Shown in pieces: positions 23,642 through 36,980 of a stretch of DNA of 64,000 bases. Each line of letters starts with the position of its first letter. The first letter of the stretch is position 1. The DNA is from Mustelus asterias (Eukaryota), in the NCBI RefSeq assembly GCF_964213995.1, contig NW_027590365.1, positions 186,001-250,000 of the forward strand, in the 5' to 3' direction. The position numbers were made by a program, and so were the translations under genes. The notes under the pieces are model-generated. The model was given only the letters and a program-made list of their open reading frames with translations, did no database searches and was not told the DNA's origin.

Positions 23642-24565
23642 ATGGAGAAACCGTGGAATTGTGGGGACTGTGGGAAAGGATTCAGTTACCCTTCCCTGCT
23701 GGAAAACCATCGGCGCAGTCACACTGGTGAGAAACCGTTCACCTGTTCTGTCTGTGGGGAGGGATTCATTCAGTCATCGGGCCTTTGGTCTCACCAGAGA
23801 ATTCACACTGAGGAAAAGCCATTCACCTGCACCTCCTGTGGGAAGAGGTTCAGGCATTCTTCAGCACTCACTGTGCACCAACGCACTCACACCGGGGAGA
23901 GACCATTCATCTGCTCCGTGTGTGGGAAGGGATTCACTCAGTCATTCCACCTGCTGTCACACCAGCGAGTTCATACTGGGGAGAGGCCGTTCACCTGCTC
24001 CGACTGTGGGAAGGGATTCACTGGGTCATCCCACTTACTGTCACACCAGCGAGTTCACATTGAGGACAAACCATTCAGCTGCCCTGACTGTGGACGGAGT
24101 TTCAGACAGGCATCCTCCCTCATTACACACCAGCGAATTCACACTGGGGAGAGACCGTTTACTTGCTTTGTGTGTGGAAAGGGATTCACAGTTTTACCCA
24201 CCCTGCTGAGACACCAGAAAATTCACACTGAAGAGAAGCCATTCAGCTGCACTGACTGTGGAAAGAATTTCAGGCAGTCATCCAACCTCACTGCTCACCG
24301 ACGCACTCACACTGCAGAAAGACCATTCACATGCTCCGTGTGTGGGAAGGGATTCAATCGGCCATCCAACCTCTCTGCTCACCAGCGAGTTCACACAGGG
24401 GAGAGGCCATTCACCTGCTCCGTGTGTGGGAAGGGATTCGCAAAGTCTTTCAACCTGCTGGCTCACCAACGCACTCACACTAAGAGGCCATTCAACTGCT
24501 CTGTGTGTGGGAAGGGATTCACTCAGTCACAATGGCTCCTGAGACATCAACAAGTTCACCAGTGA
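23642..24565 (+). CDS. ZNF-C: C2H2 zinc-finger-only protein, 11 fingers (more heterogeneous array)
   Basis: 307 aa open ORF from MEKPWNC; acceptor ttttacag at about 23309. Confidence 0.88.
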   Translation: MEKPWNCGDCGKGFSYPSLLENHRRSHTGEKPFTCSVCGEGFIQSSGLWSHQRIHTEEKPFTCTSCGKRFRHSSALTVHQRTHTGERPFICSVCGKGFTQSFHLLSHQRVHTGERPFTCSDCGKGFTGSSHLLSHQRVHIEDKPFSCPDCGRSFRQASSLITHQRIHTGERPFTCFVCGKGFTVLPTLLRHQKIHTEEKPFSCTDCGKNFRQSSNLTAHRRTHTAERPFTCSVCGKGFNRPSNLSAHQRVHTGERPFTCSVCGKGFAKSFNLLAHQRTHTKRPFNCSVCGKGFTQSQWLLRHQQVHQ

Positions 24566-25827
24566 CTGCAGGGGTTGGATTTTGCTGTTTTTGCTGCTGT
24601 TCAGTATTGACAGTCTGACAATATTTTATTTCTGTTGATGTTAACAAATCCTATAACTAGCTGGAATTTAATATTCTGGAAGTGTCACTGATTTTCAGGG
24701 CTGCAATGTCACTTTTTAAAAGCACCACCAGTGATCTTCCCCCTTAATTGAAGAACTCTCAACAGGAACCTGTTTAGAATAAAATTAAGAACTTTTGCTT
24801 CAATTCTAATTTGATCTTTGGGCAAAATCTACAATTCATTCTCTGAAAGATCCATCTGCAGGGCACAACGTATTTATTTTCAATGCTTGTATTGAGATTT
24901 TCTGGAAAGCTACTCTTTGATTTTTAAGGGCTATTTTTTGGTTTCCAGGGCATCGTTTTCCATTCTCAGTAACTCCTTTATTAGTGATGTAGTCACGTAG
25001 TAACATTACCTTTTGTGTTTCTGTTAGTTTACTTCTTTGAATAAGATAGCACAAATACTGAAGACTGTGTATATATTAAATCTTTTAAATTGGAATCTAT
25101 GAATGATATGTTTTGTTAACTTATTTTAAAAATACTCCCATACTCTCTTTCCAAAATGAGAATTCTAACTATTTGACACAAGGTAACTGAATCAGATGTT
25201 TACTGGTTCAGACGGTGGAGCAGGAAAAATCTCTCCCGATTCTGATCTTCATTGTGTGTGGATTTACATTGATAACCCATCAATAACCTCACTCCACCAG
25301 CTGAGATCAGCTCTGACCGGGGATTCTGTATGTTTTCTGTGAACGTTCAACTGCAAATAAAAGCAGTTTAGAATATGGACCTGGATGAATGGATCTCAAT
25401 TTCTAATGTGACGACCCAAGTGATTGGTAAGTATGTTCACAATATCTGGTTACTCAAATTCCTGAGCTGTAAACCCCACCTCCTGAGATATATAAAAATA
25501 ATCGAGACTTGTTCAGCAGAATGGGGAAAGCTCTGCCGATGGTTGGCTCATTCCTTTTGAGGCTCACACTGCTATGAAACTAGTTCTGTAGCAGGAAGAC
25601 ACAACTCCTCCACACATCACTGATAGGCTGCTGAGTCTTTTCTCAAAATAGGTGGCAAAGCTGTTCCTCCAGTTTGAGACTCTGTCTCTGCAGATGTAGC
25701 AACATCGGGAGAGACAGAATCTGTGGTTGGAGGAGATGGTCCTCACAGTTTCTGCCTCTCCCATGTACAGGATGATTTATTTCTTCCAGTAGTTCCTCAC
25801 AAGACTTAATTTCTGCAGGCCTTTTGG

Positions 25828-26415
25828 CAAGTCATGTTGCAGCTTTATAGAACCTCAGTTAGGTCGCACTTGGAATATAGTGTTCAATTCTTGTTGCCAC
25901 ACTACCAGAAAGATGTGGAGGCTTTAGAGAGGGTGGAGAGGGTACAGAAAAGATCTACCAGGATGTTGCCTGGCATGGAGGGCATTAGCTATGAGGAAAG
26001 GTTGGAGAAACTTGGTTTGTTCTCACTGGAACGACGCAGGTTGAGGGCGATCTGACAAAGTCTACAAGATTGTGAGGGGCTTGGGCAGAGTCGATAGAAG
26101 CTTTTTCCCAGGGTAGAAGAGTCAATTACTCGGGGGGCATAGGTTTAAGGTGCGAGGGGCAAGGTTCAAAGGAGATGTACGAGGCAGATTTTTTACCCAG
26201 AGGGTGGTGGGTGCCTGGAACTCGCTGCCGGGGGAGGTAGTGGAAGCAGATACAATAGTGACTTTTAAGGGGCGTCTTGACAAATACAGGAATAGGATGG
26301 GAATGGAGGGATATGGTCCCCAGAAGGGTAGAGGGTTTCAGTTCAGTCTGGCAGTGTAGTTGGTGCAGGCTTGGAGGGCTAAAGGGGGTGTTCCTGTGCT
26401 GTAAGTTTCTTTGTT
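25828..26415 (+). mobile_element. CR1 3' fragment
   Basis: MLQLYR..HLEYSVQF; FFTQRVVGAWNSLP. Confidence 0.85.
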
Positions 26416-27891
26416 TTCATTTGAGGGTGAATTCACCATCCACAGCCATGTATTTTGAATCCTGGTTCTGAAATATTCTCACTCTGGGTTTAAGGCTTCC
26501 TGGCGTAATACACACATTTAGATCTTACCACCAAACACCAATTCATATCCTCATCCGTGTCCCAGATTTAAATGTGGTTGTCCAAACTAGAAAACATATA
26601 TAATTTGACTCTTTTTAAACCTGATTCACCACACCCTGCCACACGAACTACAAGAGATTGTGTTTGGGACCAGTTGTTCCGTTAAAGTCTGGGTTGTTCT
26701 CAATGGTGACAGTTTTAACCTTCTCCATAACCTGTCCTAACCCTTCTGCCCTCCAGGGGGCTCTGTTTTTCTGATGGTGACATTCCCTGTTTACCCAGTC
26801 AGCCCTTGAATTGTTTGTGAATCCAGTCACATGTCGGTTAGACTGGATCAGGGCGGCAGATTTCCTTCCTTAAAGGGCATTACAGAACCAGGTGTGTTTT
26901 TACAACAATTAATTCATGCTCATCAATATTTTTATTGAAACGTGGTGGGATTCAAACCCTGGTCCCAAAATCATTATAATAAATAGAGAAAATGCTGGAT
27001 AAACTCAGCAGGTCGGTTCTTTTCAGAACTCCAGCATCTGCTGGATTTTGCTTTACCTCCAAATCATTCCCCTGGAATACTCCTGCTCTGACTCTAATTC
27101 CAGTCAGCTCAGACAACAAAAACAGGTTTCACAAAATCACAAACATTTAAAAAAGGAGGTAGACAAAAGGCAGGTAACTATAGGCTGGTTAGCTTAACTT
27201 CTGGAGGAGGGAAAATGCTTGGATCTATCATCAGGGAAAAAATAGCGAGACATCTGGATATAAATTGTCCCATGGGTAAGACACAGCATGGGTTCATGAA
27301 GGGCAGGTCAAGTTTGACTAATTTGGTGGAATTCTTTGAGAACATTACATGTGCAGTGGACAATGGGGAACCTGTGGATGTGGTGTATCTGGATTTCCAG
27401 AAGGCATTTGACAAGGTGCCGCACCAAAGACTGCTGCATAAGATAAAGGTGCACAGTGTTACGGGTAATGTATTAGCATGGATAGAGGATTGGTTAACTA
27501 ACAGAAAGCAAAGAGTGGGGGTAAATGGGTGTTTTTCTGGTTGGCGATCAGTGACTAGTGGTGTGCCTCAGGGATCAGTGTTGGGACCGCAATTGTTTAC
27601 GATTTACATAGATGATTTGGAGTTGGGGACCAAGTGTAGTGTGTCAAAATTCGCAGATGACACTAAGAGCAAAGTGTGCAGAGGATGCTGAAAGTCTGCA
27701 AAGGGATATAGATAATCTAAGTGAGTGGGTGAGGGTCTGGCAGATGGAGTACAATGTTGGTAAATGTGAGGTCATCCATTTTGGTAGGAATAACAGCAAA
27801 GTTGACTATTATTTAAATGGGAAAAAATTGCAGCGTGCTACTGTGCAGAGGCCAAGCTGATTGGAGGAGGGAAAGCAATTCCTCCTCCAAG

Positions 27892-27928
27892 ACTTGATCT
27901 CATTTGCATCTTAGCCAAAAGGCCGAGA
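27892..27928 (-). other. U2 snRNA 5'-end-like fragment
   Basis: Minus strand tctcggccttttggctaagat equals U2 nt 7-27 as recalled, then agatcaagt (nt 24-32) after a short insert. Confidence 0.7.
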
Positions 27929-28610
27929 TACTGCTTTTAAAAATTGCTTCATATGAAACATATGAAGCTTCAATGTAACCTAATGACCTCAAACAAACCT
28001 CTGCAAGACGTGCCGGATCATTGACACGGATGCCATCATCTCACGTGAGAACACCATCTACCAGGTACACGGTACCTACTCTTGCAACTCGGCCAACATT
28101 GTCTACCTGATACGCTGCAGGAAAGGATGTCCCGAGGCATGGTACATTGGGGAAACCATACAGACGCTACGACAACGGATGAATGAACACCGCTCGACAA
28201 TCACCAGGCAAGACTGTTCTCTTCCCGTGGGGGAGCACTTCAGCAGTCACGGGCATTCAGCCTTGGATCTTCAGGTAAGCGTTCTCCAAGGCGGCCTTCA
28301 CGACACACGACAGCGCAGTCGCTGAGCAGAAACTGATAGCCAAGTTCCGCACACATGAGGACGGCCTAAACCGGGATGTTGGATTCATGTCACATTATCA
28401 GTAACCCCCACAGCTTGCCTCCTGGGCTTGTAGAATCTCACTAGCTGTTCTGTCTGGAGACAATACACATTTCTTTAACCTGTGTTTAATTTTCCCTCCA
28501 CCCATGTTGTCTGTACCTTTAAGACCTGGCTGGCTGGAGGATTCGCATTCTAATCAGTATTCTGTAACTTGATTTTGTCTGTTTGCACTGTTTGAGAGCA
28601 CATTTCCACT

Positions 28611-28647
28611 CCATCTGACGAAGGAGCAGTGCTCCGAAAGCTTATGG
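28611..28647 (+). ncRNA. Minimal type I hammerhead ribozyme motif in the Penelope pLTR
   Basis: ccat-CUGACGA-a-ggagc(agu)gcucc-GAAA-gc-UU-augg. Confidence 0.75.
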
Positions 28648-29959
28648 TATTTGCTACCAAATAAACCTGTTGGACTTTAACCTGGTGTTGTGAGACTTCT
28701 TACGCTGTGCAGAGGGACAGGGGTGTCCTTGTGCAGGAATCTCAAAGAGTAGGTTTGCAGGTGCAACAGGTAATTAAGAAGGCAAATGGAATTTTGTCCT
28801 TCATTGCGAGAGGGATGGAGTTTAAAAACAGTGAGATTATGTTGCAGCTGTATAAGGTGCTGGTGAGGCCACACCTGGAGTACTGTGTACAGTTTTGGTC
28901 TCCTTACTTGAGAAAGGATATACTGGCACTGGAGGGGGTGCAGAGGAGATTCACGAGGTTGATTCTGGAGTTGAGAGGGTTGGCTTATGAGGAGAGACTG
29001 AGTAAATTGGGGCTATGCTCATTGGAATTCAGAAGAATGAGGGGAGATCTTATAGAAACATATAAGATTATGAAGGGAATAGATTAGAAGCAGGGAAGTT
29101 GTTTCCACTGGCAGGTGAAACTAGAACTTGGGGGCATAGCCTCAAAATAAGGGGAAGCAGATTTAGGACTGAGTTGAGGAGGAACTTCTTCAAACAAAGG
29201 GTTGTGAATCTGTGGAATTCCCTGCCCAGTGAAGCAGTTGGGGCTACCTCATTGAATGTTTTTAAGGCAAGAATAGATAAATTATTGAACAGTAAAGGAA
29301 TTAAGGGCTATGGTGAGCGGGCGTGTAAGTGGAGCTGAGTCCACAAAAAGATCAGCCATGAGGCTCGAGGGGCCAGATGGCCTACTCCTGCTCCTAGTTC
29401 TTATGTTCTTCCCACAATCCCCACATTTCCATGGCATCTCCCTGTGACTGCAAATTATGTTCCAAAAGGCCAGATGATTGGTTGAAGCTTTCACCACACC
29501 TGACTAAACCTCTGACTAACCTGACTAAAACTGAGGATAAAGTATTGGTGTCTGTAAGGGCTAAAATAATACCCTTGGCTTCCTTGTAGATCTGTGGCAT
29601 CAAGTTCAAGACTCCTTCATGAATCATCCTCTTGGCCTCTCGCCTGTCAACTGTCCATGAGAATCTTACATGTTTCAGAATGTTGACTGCTCATTCTTCC
29701 AAACCCAATGAGTATAGGTGCAACCCTTCCCCAAAAGACAACGAGTTGGATTCTTTGGCCTCACTTCCCCAAAACTGGAGAATCCCCCCCCCCCCCCCAC
29801 CAAGGTCAAAGGACCTTTGTGTGGTCCACCCCCCGGCCTGCTACGATTCCTGTGGTGGGTGGGATGGGAGAGTTCTCCCCTACACCTTCACAACCCTTTC
29901 CTCAAAAGACAACACCTTCATCTTAGAACTTTCTCTGAACTCATTCCAATGAAAACATG

Positions 29960-30395
29960 TCATTCCATAAGTAGGGAGACCAGAACCGCACACAGTATTC
30001 CAGCTGCTATCTCAGCAATGTCCTGTGTAGGTGCAGCAAGTTCCCTTTCTCAAACTCCACCCCCTTGCAGTAAAGTCCAACACTCCATTTGCCGCCTTCT
30101 TTACTTGCTGTACCTTCATCCTATTTGTTCACGATTCATGTACAAGGACACCCAGATTCCTCTCTACGGCAGTATTCTTCAGTTTCTGTATATTTAAACA
30201 ATTTTTTGCTTCTCCACTCTTCCTGCCAAAGTGGAAAAGCTCCCACTTTCCCACACTATACTCCATCTGCCATTTTTCTGTCCATTCAGGTAACTTATCT
30301 GTGTCCCTTACAGATTTTTTGTAATAACCTCACAACTTGCTTTTCTACCTATGTTTGTATCATCAATTCTGGCTTCATCCAAGTCATTGATCAAG
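29960..30395 (-). mobile_element. Old CR1 fragment
   Basis: IDDTNIG, degraded RT C-terminal half. Confidence 0.6.
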
Positions 30396-31417
30396 GTGGC
30401 TGTTTTTCTCTCTCTCAGTTGTGGGTGATATTTGTCTCTATTCTCCTGGAAACTGAATGAATCTTGTTCCAAACTGGGTTCAATATCAGACATTTCAGGG
30501 AGTCAGGAATCATTCGCCCCTGAACCTACACTGGTAAAACCCCAGACAGTTCCTCAGTAAGGATTTTTCTGGTTCCTCACCATATATTAGTCAGGAGACT
30601 GAAACCCAGCTTTTTTACAGTCCACTCCTGGAGGCCCCACTCCCTGAGCCGACAACATTCAGCAGTGTCAGTGCAGAAGTTTCACAGTGGGAGTGATTCC
30701 CAGAGTAACTGTCAATCAGATCACCATTGATGTCCAGGTTTGTGTATTTTTAGTTGTCCGGATGTCTAACACACACACATCAATAAAACAGGGAATTCCT
30801 GCAAACAAACTGCAGCTTCTTCTCTATCTGGAGATCCAATGTTTGTTGAATAATTGTCCCAGCGATTAACAGGCTCCTGTGAACTCATCCAACTCGTATT
30901 TTAATACTGACTTTAACAAATATATTTTAAATAGGTTTATTTTAAATGAGTTAAAACCAGCCTTAAAATGGTAGATATAGAATAATAACCAGAGTAATTT
31001 TCAGGCTGGAAACTTTAACCTGCTGTTTCACTTTCATTTAGGAGCAGATCCCAGTTTTACACCAATCTCTGATTCACGTATCCAGCATTCACCATCATTC
31101 TAAAAGCAGAAGTTGCTGCAAAATCTCAGTACGTCTGACAGAATCTGTAAAGACAGGAACAGTTAATGTTTCCAGTTGAATGTGACTCTTCTTCAGTGTC
31201 AAAACATTAGCTCTGTTTCTCTCTCCAGAGATGCTGTCAGACCTGCTGAGTTTTTACAGCACTTCTTGTTTTTATTTACGAGTTCAGGACTCAGACAAGA
31301 CAATCCACAATACAAATCTTACAACTGGGCCAGGGTTTATTAACATCAGCAGAAACAGACACCAATGAAAATGGTTGGGACCTCGATGAGATTAACAGCA
31401 AAATTCAGTCCTTGCAG

Positions 31418-31822
31418 TCACTCGTGAACATGATGGTGTTTCAGCAGGTGAGGTGACTGAGTGAATCCCTTCCCACACACGGAGCAGGTGAATGGCCTGT
31501 CCCCAGTGTGAATTCGCTGGTGCTTTACCAGGTTGGATGATTGACTGAAACCCTTGCCACAATCAGAGGAGGTGAATGGTCTCTCCCCGGTGTGAACTCG
31601 CTGGTGCCTCCGCAGGCTGGATGAATCAATAAATCCCTTCCCACAACTGGAGCAAGTGAATGGCCTCTCTCCAGTGTGACTTGGCTGGTGTTTTAGCAGG
31701 TTGAATGACTGAGTAAATCCCTTCCCACACTCGGAGCAGATAAATGGCCTCTCCCCAGTGTGAATTCTCTGGTGTTTCAGCAGGTCGGATGAATCAGTGA
31801 ATCCCTTCCCACAATCAGAGCA
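31418..31822 (-). pseudogene. ZNF-D': 5'-truncated ZNF (5 fingers) fused to the 3' UTR of ZNF-D
   Basis: Begins abruptly at CSDCGKGF after the shared 3'-UTR sequence ggtcaatggggagg. Confidence 0.75.
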
Positions 31823-31915
31823 TCCTCCCCATTGACCAACTGTGAGAATGAACAAAATGCAGTCCTGGATGGAATTGAGAGCAGAAACAATAACAGCAGA
31901 ATCCAACCCCTGGAA

Positions 31916-32924
31916 TCACTCGTGAACTCGCTGGTGTCTCAGCAGCTGGGATGAAAGACTGAATCCCTTCCCACACTGAGAGCAGGTGAACGGCCTCTCC
32001 CCAGTGTGAACTCGCTGGTGTATCCGCAGGCTGGATAATCGAGTGAATCCCTTCTCACACTGAGAGCAGGTGAACGGCCTCTCCCCAGTGTGAACTTGCT
32101 GGTGTCTCAGCAGGCGGGATGACTGAGTGAATCCCTCCCCACACTGAGAGCAGGTGAATGGCCTCTCCCCAGTGTGAACTTCATGGTGTCTCTGCAGCTG
32201 GGATGACCGAGTGAATTCCTTCCCACACTGAGAGCAGGTGAATGGCCTCTCCCCAGTGTGAACTCGCTGGTGTCTCTGCAGCTGTTTTGACCAAGTGAAT
32301 CCCTTCCCACACTGAGAGCAGGTGAATGGCCTCTCCCCAGTGTGAACTCGCTGGTGTCTCAGCAGCTGGGATGAAAGACTGAATCTCTTCTCACACAGAG
32401 CAGGTGAACGGTCTCTCCCCAGTGTGAACTCGCTGGTGTCTCTGCAGGTTGGATAATCGAGTGAATCCCTTCTCACACTGAGAGCAGGTGAACGGCCTCT
32501 CCCCAGTGTGAACTCGCTGGTGTCTCAGCAGGTTGGATGAATCACAGAATCCCTTCCCACGCTGAGAGCAGGTGAACGGCCTCTCCCCAGTGTGAACTCG
32601 CTGGTGTCTCAGCAGGCTGGATGAATCACAGAATCCCTTCCCACACTGAGAGCAGCTGAATGGCCTCTCCCCAGTATGAACGCGCTCGTGTGCCCACCGG
32701 TCGGATGACCGAGTGAATCCCTTCCCACACTGAGAACACGTGAACAGTCTCTCCTCAGTGTGGACTCGCTGGTGTGACTGCAGGCTGGATGACTGAGTGA
32801 ATCCCTCCCCACACTGAGAGCACATGAATGGTCTCTCCCCAGTGTGGTTGCGCCGATGAACTTCCAGCTCTGATGGGTATCTGTATCCCTTCCCACAGTC
32901 CCCACATTTCCATGGTTTCTCCAT
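31916..32924 (-). pseudogene. ZNF-D: 12 fingers, 2-nt frameshift near 32395
   Basis: tgctctgtgtgagaag lacks one gt unit; finger 5 has C>R. Confidence 0.75.
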
Positions 32925-35145
32925 GGTGCAGGTGTCCTTGCCTCTCTCTTGGGTGGACAATCAGTTGAAGCCTCGTCCACACACAGAACACGGGTACAGT
33001 CTCTCCCTGCTGTGAATGGTGTGATATTTATTCAGGCTGTGTAACTGGTTAAAGCTCTTTAGTCCGTGCACTGGAACACTCTCACTCGAGTGTGGCAGTG
33101 TGTTGGTGCTTTTCCAGTCACATTGACCTTTGAAATCTTTTCAAATCAACAGACTGGACAATTATTTCTCCTTCTGGATTCAAAGGCCGATGATATTCAG
33201 CTCCCAAGGAATATGACTCTGTCAGATCTGACGTGACGTTTGAGATTTCGGCCTGTGATTCCTCTTTCAATATCCTGTAAAATGAGTTTCCAAAAGTCAT
33301 CAGTGTCAGTACAGGATAGAAATTCAGAACAGACAATTCTAGTTTCTATGGAACATTCTTTCCTATTTCAGTCCCAAAAAGCTGTAAATCTCCGTTCCAC
33401 ACACTCTCCCTCCATTCTCACTCTGCTGTATCTAATATTCACCCTCCCAATTCTCCTGAAGGTGCTGATTGAGGCTGATTGACAGATCCATGCTCACTGC
33501 TTCCTGTCCTGGACACAGAGACCATAACAAATAGGAGCTGCAGTCGGCCATTTGGCCCATCGAGACTTTTAAACTATTCAATGAGATAATTTGTTCATCT
33601 ACCTCAGCATCATTCTCCCCACACTAAACCCATATCCCTTGATATCTTCAATATCTAGAAACCAATCAATCTCTCTCTTGAAAATAGTTGATGACTGAGG
33701 CTTCACTGTCCTCAGGGGTTGAGAATTCCAAAGCTTTACCACATCCTTGAGTGAAGAAATCCCCCCACATCTTAGCTTTTGCTCCATCTTCTTGTCTGTT
33801 CCCTATAACCCTTGACACCATTGTCAGTCAAAGATCTGTCTAACTGGAATATATTCAATGATCCTCAGCCTCCACTGGTCCCTGTGGAAGAGAAATCCAA
33901 AAGACTAACAACCCTCTGAGGGAAGAGACGTCTGGAAAGATATAACGTAGCTACAGTTCCATATTACAAGATATTCAGATCCCAAGGAATATGACTCTGT
34001 CTAGATGTGACCGTTGAGATTTTTGCCTGTGATTCTTCATTCAAAATCCTGTGAAATGAGTTTACAAAAGTCATCACAGTCAGTATAGGATAGAAATTCA
34101 GAGCAGACAATTCTAGTTTCTATGGAACATTCTTTCCTATTTCATTCCCAAAAAGTTGTAAATCTCCATCCATATCTATGGATTCTATTTAAAAATGAAA
34201 GTGGATGGGCACTTGAAGGAAATAAACTTTCAGGAGAATGGGGATATAGAGTGGGAATGGGACTAGAATGTTATACAGAGAGTCAGCATGGACTCGAGTT
34301 ACCGAATGGATTCCTTCTGTGCTGTAATGACTTTATGACTGGAAATGTATAACATCGCTACAGCATTATATTACAATGCAAGAAATAATAATAAAAGTAT
34401 TTTATTACAGAAACATAAATAATATATCTAATCTGGCTAACATATAATAACACTAGACATATCTCTGTCCTATATTAACGTACTGTCCCCTTAAATGTCA
34501 GCCATCTCCTGGGGAAAGCTGCCCTTTAATGTGAACATGAGGAAAAAGACCATCCTTTTTGACAGACAAATAAATGTGTCAAGCTGAGAGAGCAAAGGAT
34601 ATTTACCAGGCTGATTCAGGGAATGGCGGGACTGATGTATGAGGAGAGACTGACGAGGTTAGGATGGTTTTCGTTGGAGTTCAGATGAATGAGGGAGGAT
34701 CTCATAGAGACTTATAAAATTCTAACAGGTCGAGACAGGATAGCTGCAGGGAGGATGTTTCTGATGGTGGGGGAGTCCAGAACCAAGGGTCACAGTCTGA
34801 GGATTCAGGGTAGACCATTTAGGACGGAGGTAAGGAGACATTTCTTCACCCAAAGAGTGGTGAGCCTGTGGAATTCATGACCACAGGAAGTAATTGATGC
34901 CAAAACATTGAATGTATTCAAAAGCGGCTCGATATAGCACTTGGAGCAAATGGGATCAAAGGTTATGGGGAGAAAGCAGGATTAGACTATTGAGTTGCTT
35001 GATCATCCATGATCTTAATGAATGGCAGAGCAGGCTCGAAGGGCCAAATGGCTTATCCTGCTCCTATCTTCTATGTTTCTCTTAAATTTCTTTAAGAGAG
35101 AGAGAGAGACCTGGGCCAACCTTTCCTGAGTCTGCACTCTCCCTG

Positions 35146-35860
35146 GATTCACTTCCTTTTCCTTCAGTTGTTGCAATTCTCCAATTACCCCCAGAATGAG
35201 AAAAGAAGGTGTTTTACTCACAGATGTTGGCCTCTTTTAGGTTGAGACTGGAGGAAGTTTGAGTCTGTCAGAAGCTCAATCTTCATTCACACAAAGCCCG
35301 CGCTCTGATTGGCTGGAGGACCACGGTCTTTCCGGTCCTCCAAGTCTTCCCATTGGCCAGAGCTGGTGAGCGGAAGTGAATCAGAAGTGCGCATGTGCGG
35401 GTTTTGGGGGAATGCGCATGTGCGGGTGTGGGGCGGGGCCCGGGCCACAGCTGGCGCACTGACCATTGTCTGTCCGGGTCTTCCAGCCTTTCCCATTGGA
35501 CAACAGCTCAAGCGCGGCTGGAGGGCAAAGTCCCGCCCACCCCCACGTGGGGCTCCGCCCCTCATTGTCTGTCTGCGTGGGATTGACCAATGGGAACTCT
35601 GGAGGACCGGCAGTACTCGGGTCCTCCAGCCAATCAGAGCTCCCCTATTGTCTGAATGCGGAAGTTGCACAATGAGCTTGTTCAGCTGCTCATTCCTGCC
35701 CAGCGAAGCTGCTGCTGCTCTCTTTCTGAATGAAGATTGAGCTTCAGACAGGCTCAAACTTCCTTCTGTCTTCAACATCTGTGAGTAAAACACTTTCTTT
35801 TTTCCCCCTTTCCATTTATTTTCTCATTCTGGGGGAAATTGTTGACTTGCAGCAACTGAT
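35146..35860. promoter_or_regulatory. Mirror-symmetric bidirectional promoter/exon-1 cassette for ZNF-D (-) and ZNF-E (+)
   Basis: Inverted double-CCAAT modules, two gcgcatg motifs, GC boxes; gtgagt donors at 35216-35221 (-) and 35781 (+). Confidence 0.78.
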
Positions 35861-35954
35861 CACGAGAAATAGAAGCAGGAGCGGCCACCAGGCCCTTGAA
35901 GCCTGTCCCGCCATTCAATCAGATCATAGCTGACTGATGCTGGTTTCAACTCCA

Positions 35955-36290
35955 GCACGGTAGCACAGTGGTTAGCACTGCTGCTTCACAGCTCCAGGGT
36001 CCCGGGTTCGATTCCCGGCTCGGGTCACTGTCTGTGTGGAGTTTGCACATTCTCCTCGTGTCTGCGTGGGTTTCCTCCGGGTGCTCCGGTTTCCTCCCAC
36101 AGTCCAAAGATGTGCGAGTTAGGTTGATTGGCCAGGTTAAAAATTGCCCCTTAGAGTCCTGAGATGCGTAGGTTAGAGGGATTAGTGGGTAAATATGTGG
36201 GGGTAGGGCCTGGGTGGGATTGTGGTCGGTGCAGACTCGATGGGCCGAATGGCCTCCTTCTGCACTGTAGGGTTTCTATGATTTCTATGA
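35955..36290 (+). mobile_element. V-SINE with CR1 tail
   Basis: Full head, core and (tttctatga) tail. Confidence 0.85.
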
Positions 36291-36980
36291 TACTGTGCCA
36301 TTTCCCCATAGCCCTCTATTCCCCGATCTATCAAATATGTATCCACCTCCACTTTAAATACTTCTAACGATCCAGCCTCCACCACCCTTTGGGGCGGGGA
36401 ATTCCAGAGCTTCATCATCCTCTGTGAGAAGAAATTCCTGCACACCTCAGTTTTAAATGACTGACCCTTTATTTTGTTTGAAAATATCTCACCATCTACC
36501 CTGTCAAGCCCCCTCAGGATCTGAAATGTTTCAATAACTCCTTTGTCTTCAAAATTTCAAGGAACACAGACCTTGACAATTTACTCCCTCGTGATAAGAC
36601 AACCCTCCTATCCCAGGAATTAGCCTGGTGAATTTCCTTTGGACTATGTCCAATATTACTATATCCTTGTTTAGATAAGGGGATCAAAACTGTATGCATT
36701 ATCCCGGGTGAGGCATCACCAACACACTGTACAGATGCAACAAAACCTCCCTGTTTTTAAACTCCAACCCCTTTGCACTAAAAGCCAAAATGCCATTTTC
36801 CTTTTTACCTATTGTGTGAACCTGCCTGCTAGCTTTTTGTGATTCATGCACAAGAACACCAAGATCCCTCTGTACTTCACTCACCGGCAGCCTCTCTCCA
36901 TTTAGATAATCTCCCTGTTGATTCCTCCAACTGAAATACATGACCTCACACTTCCCCACTTTAAACTCCATTTGCCAGGT
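36290..36980 (-). mobile_element. CR1 3' fragment
   Basis: MEFKVGKCEVM..QRDLGVLV; NFFSQR. Confidence 0.75.

Larger units (their letters stand above)
27852..28704 (+). mobile_element. Penelope-like (Neptune-type) element: GIY-YIG endonuclease fragment plus pLTR
   Basis: Manual translation CKTC..SCNSANIVYLIRCRKGCPEAWYIGET..LRQRMNEH..VGEHF..(frameshift)..EDGLNRD; TSD ctgtgcagagg at 27841-27851 and 28705-28715. Confidence 0.88.
27146..29410 (+). mobile_element. 5'-truncated CR1 LINE interrupted by a Penelope insertion
   Basis: RT motifs [19 protein letters not shown] and KFADD; frame resumes at VQRD after 28705. Confidence 0.88.
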
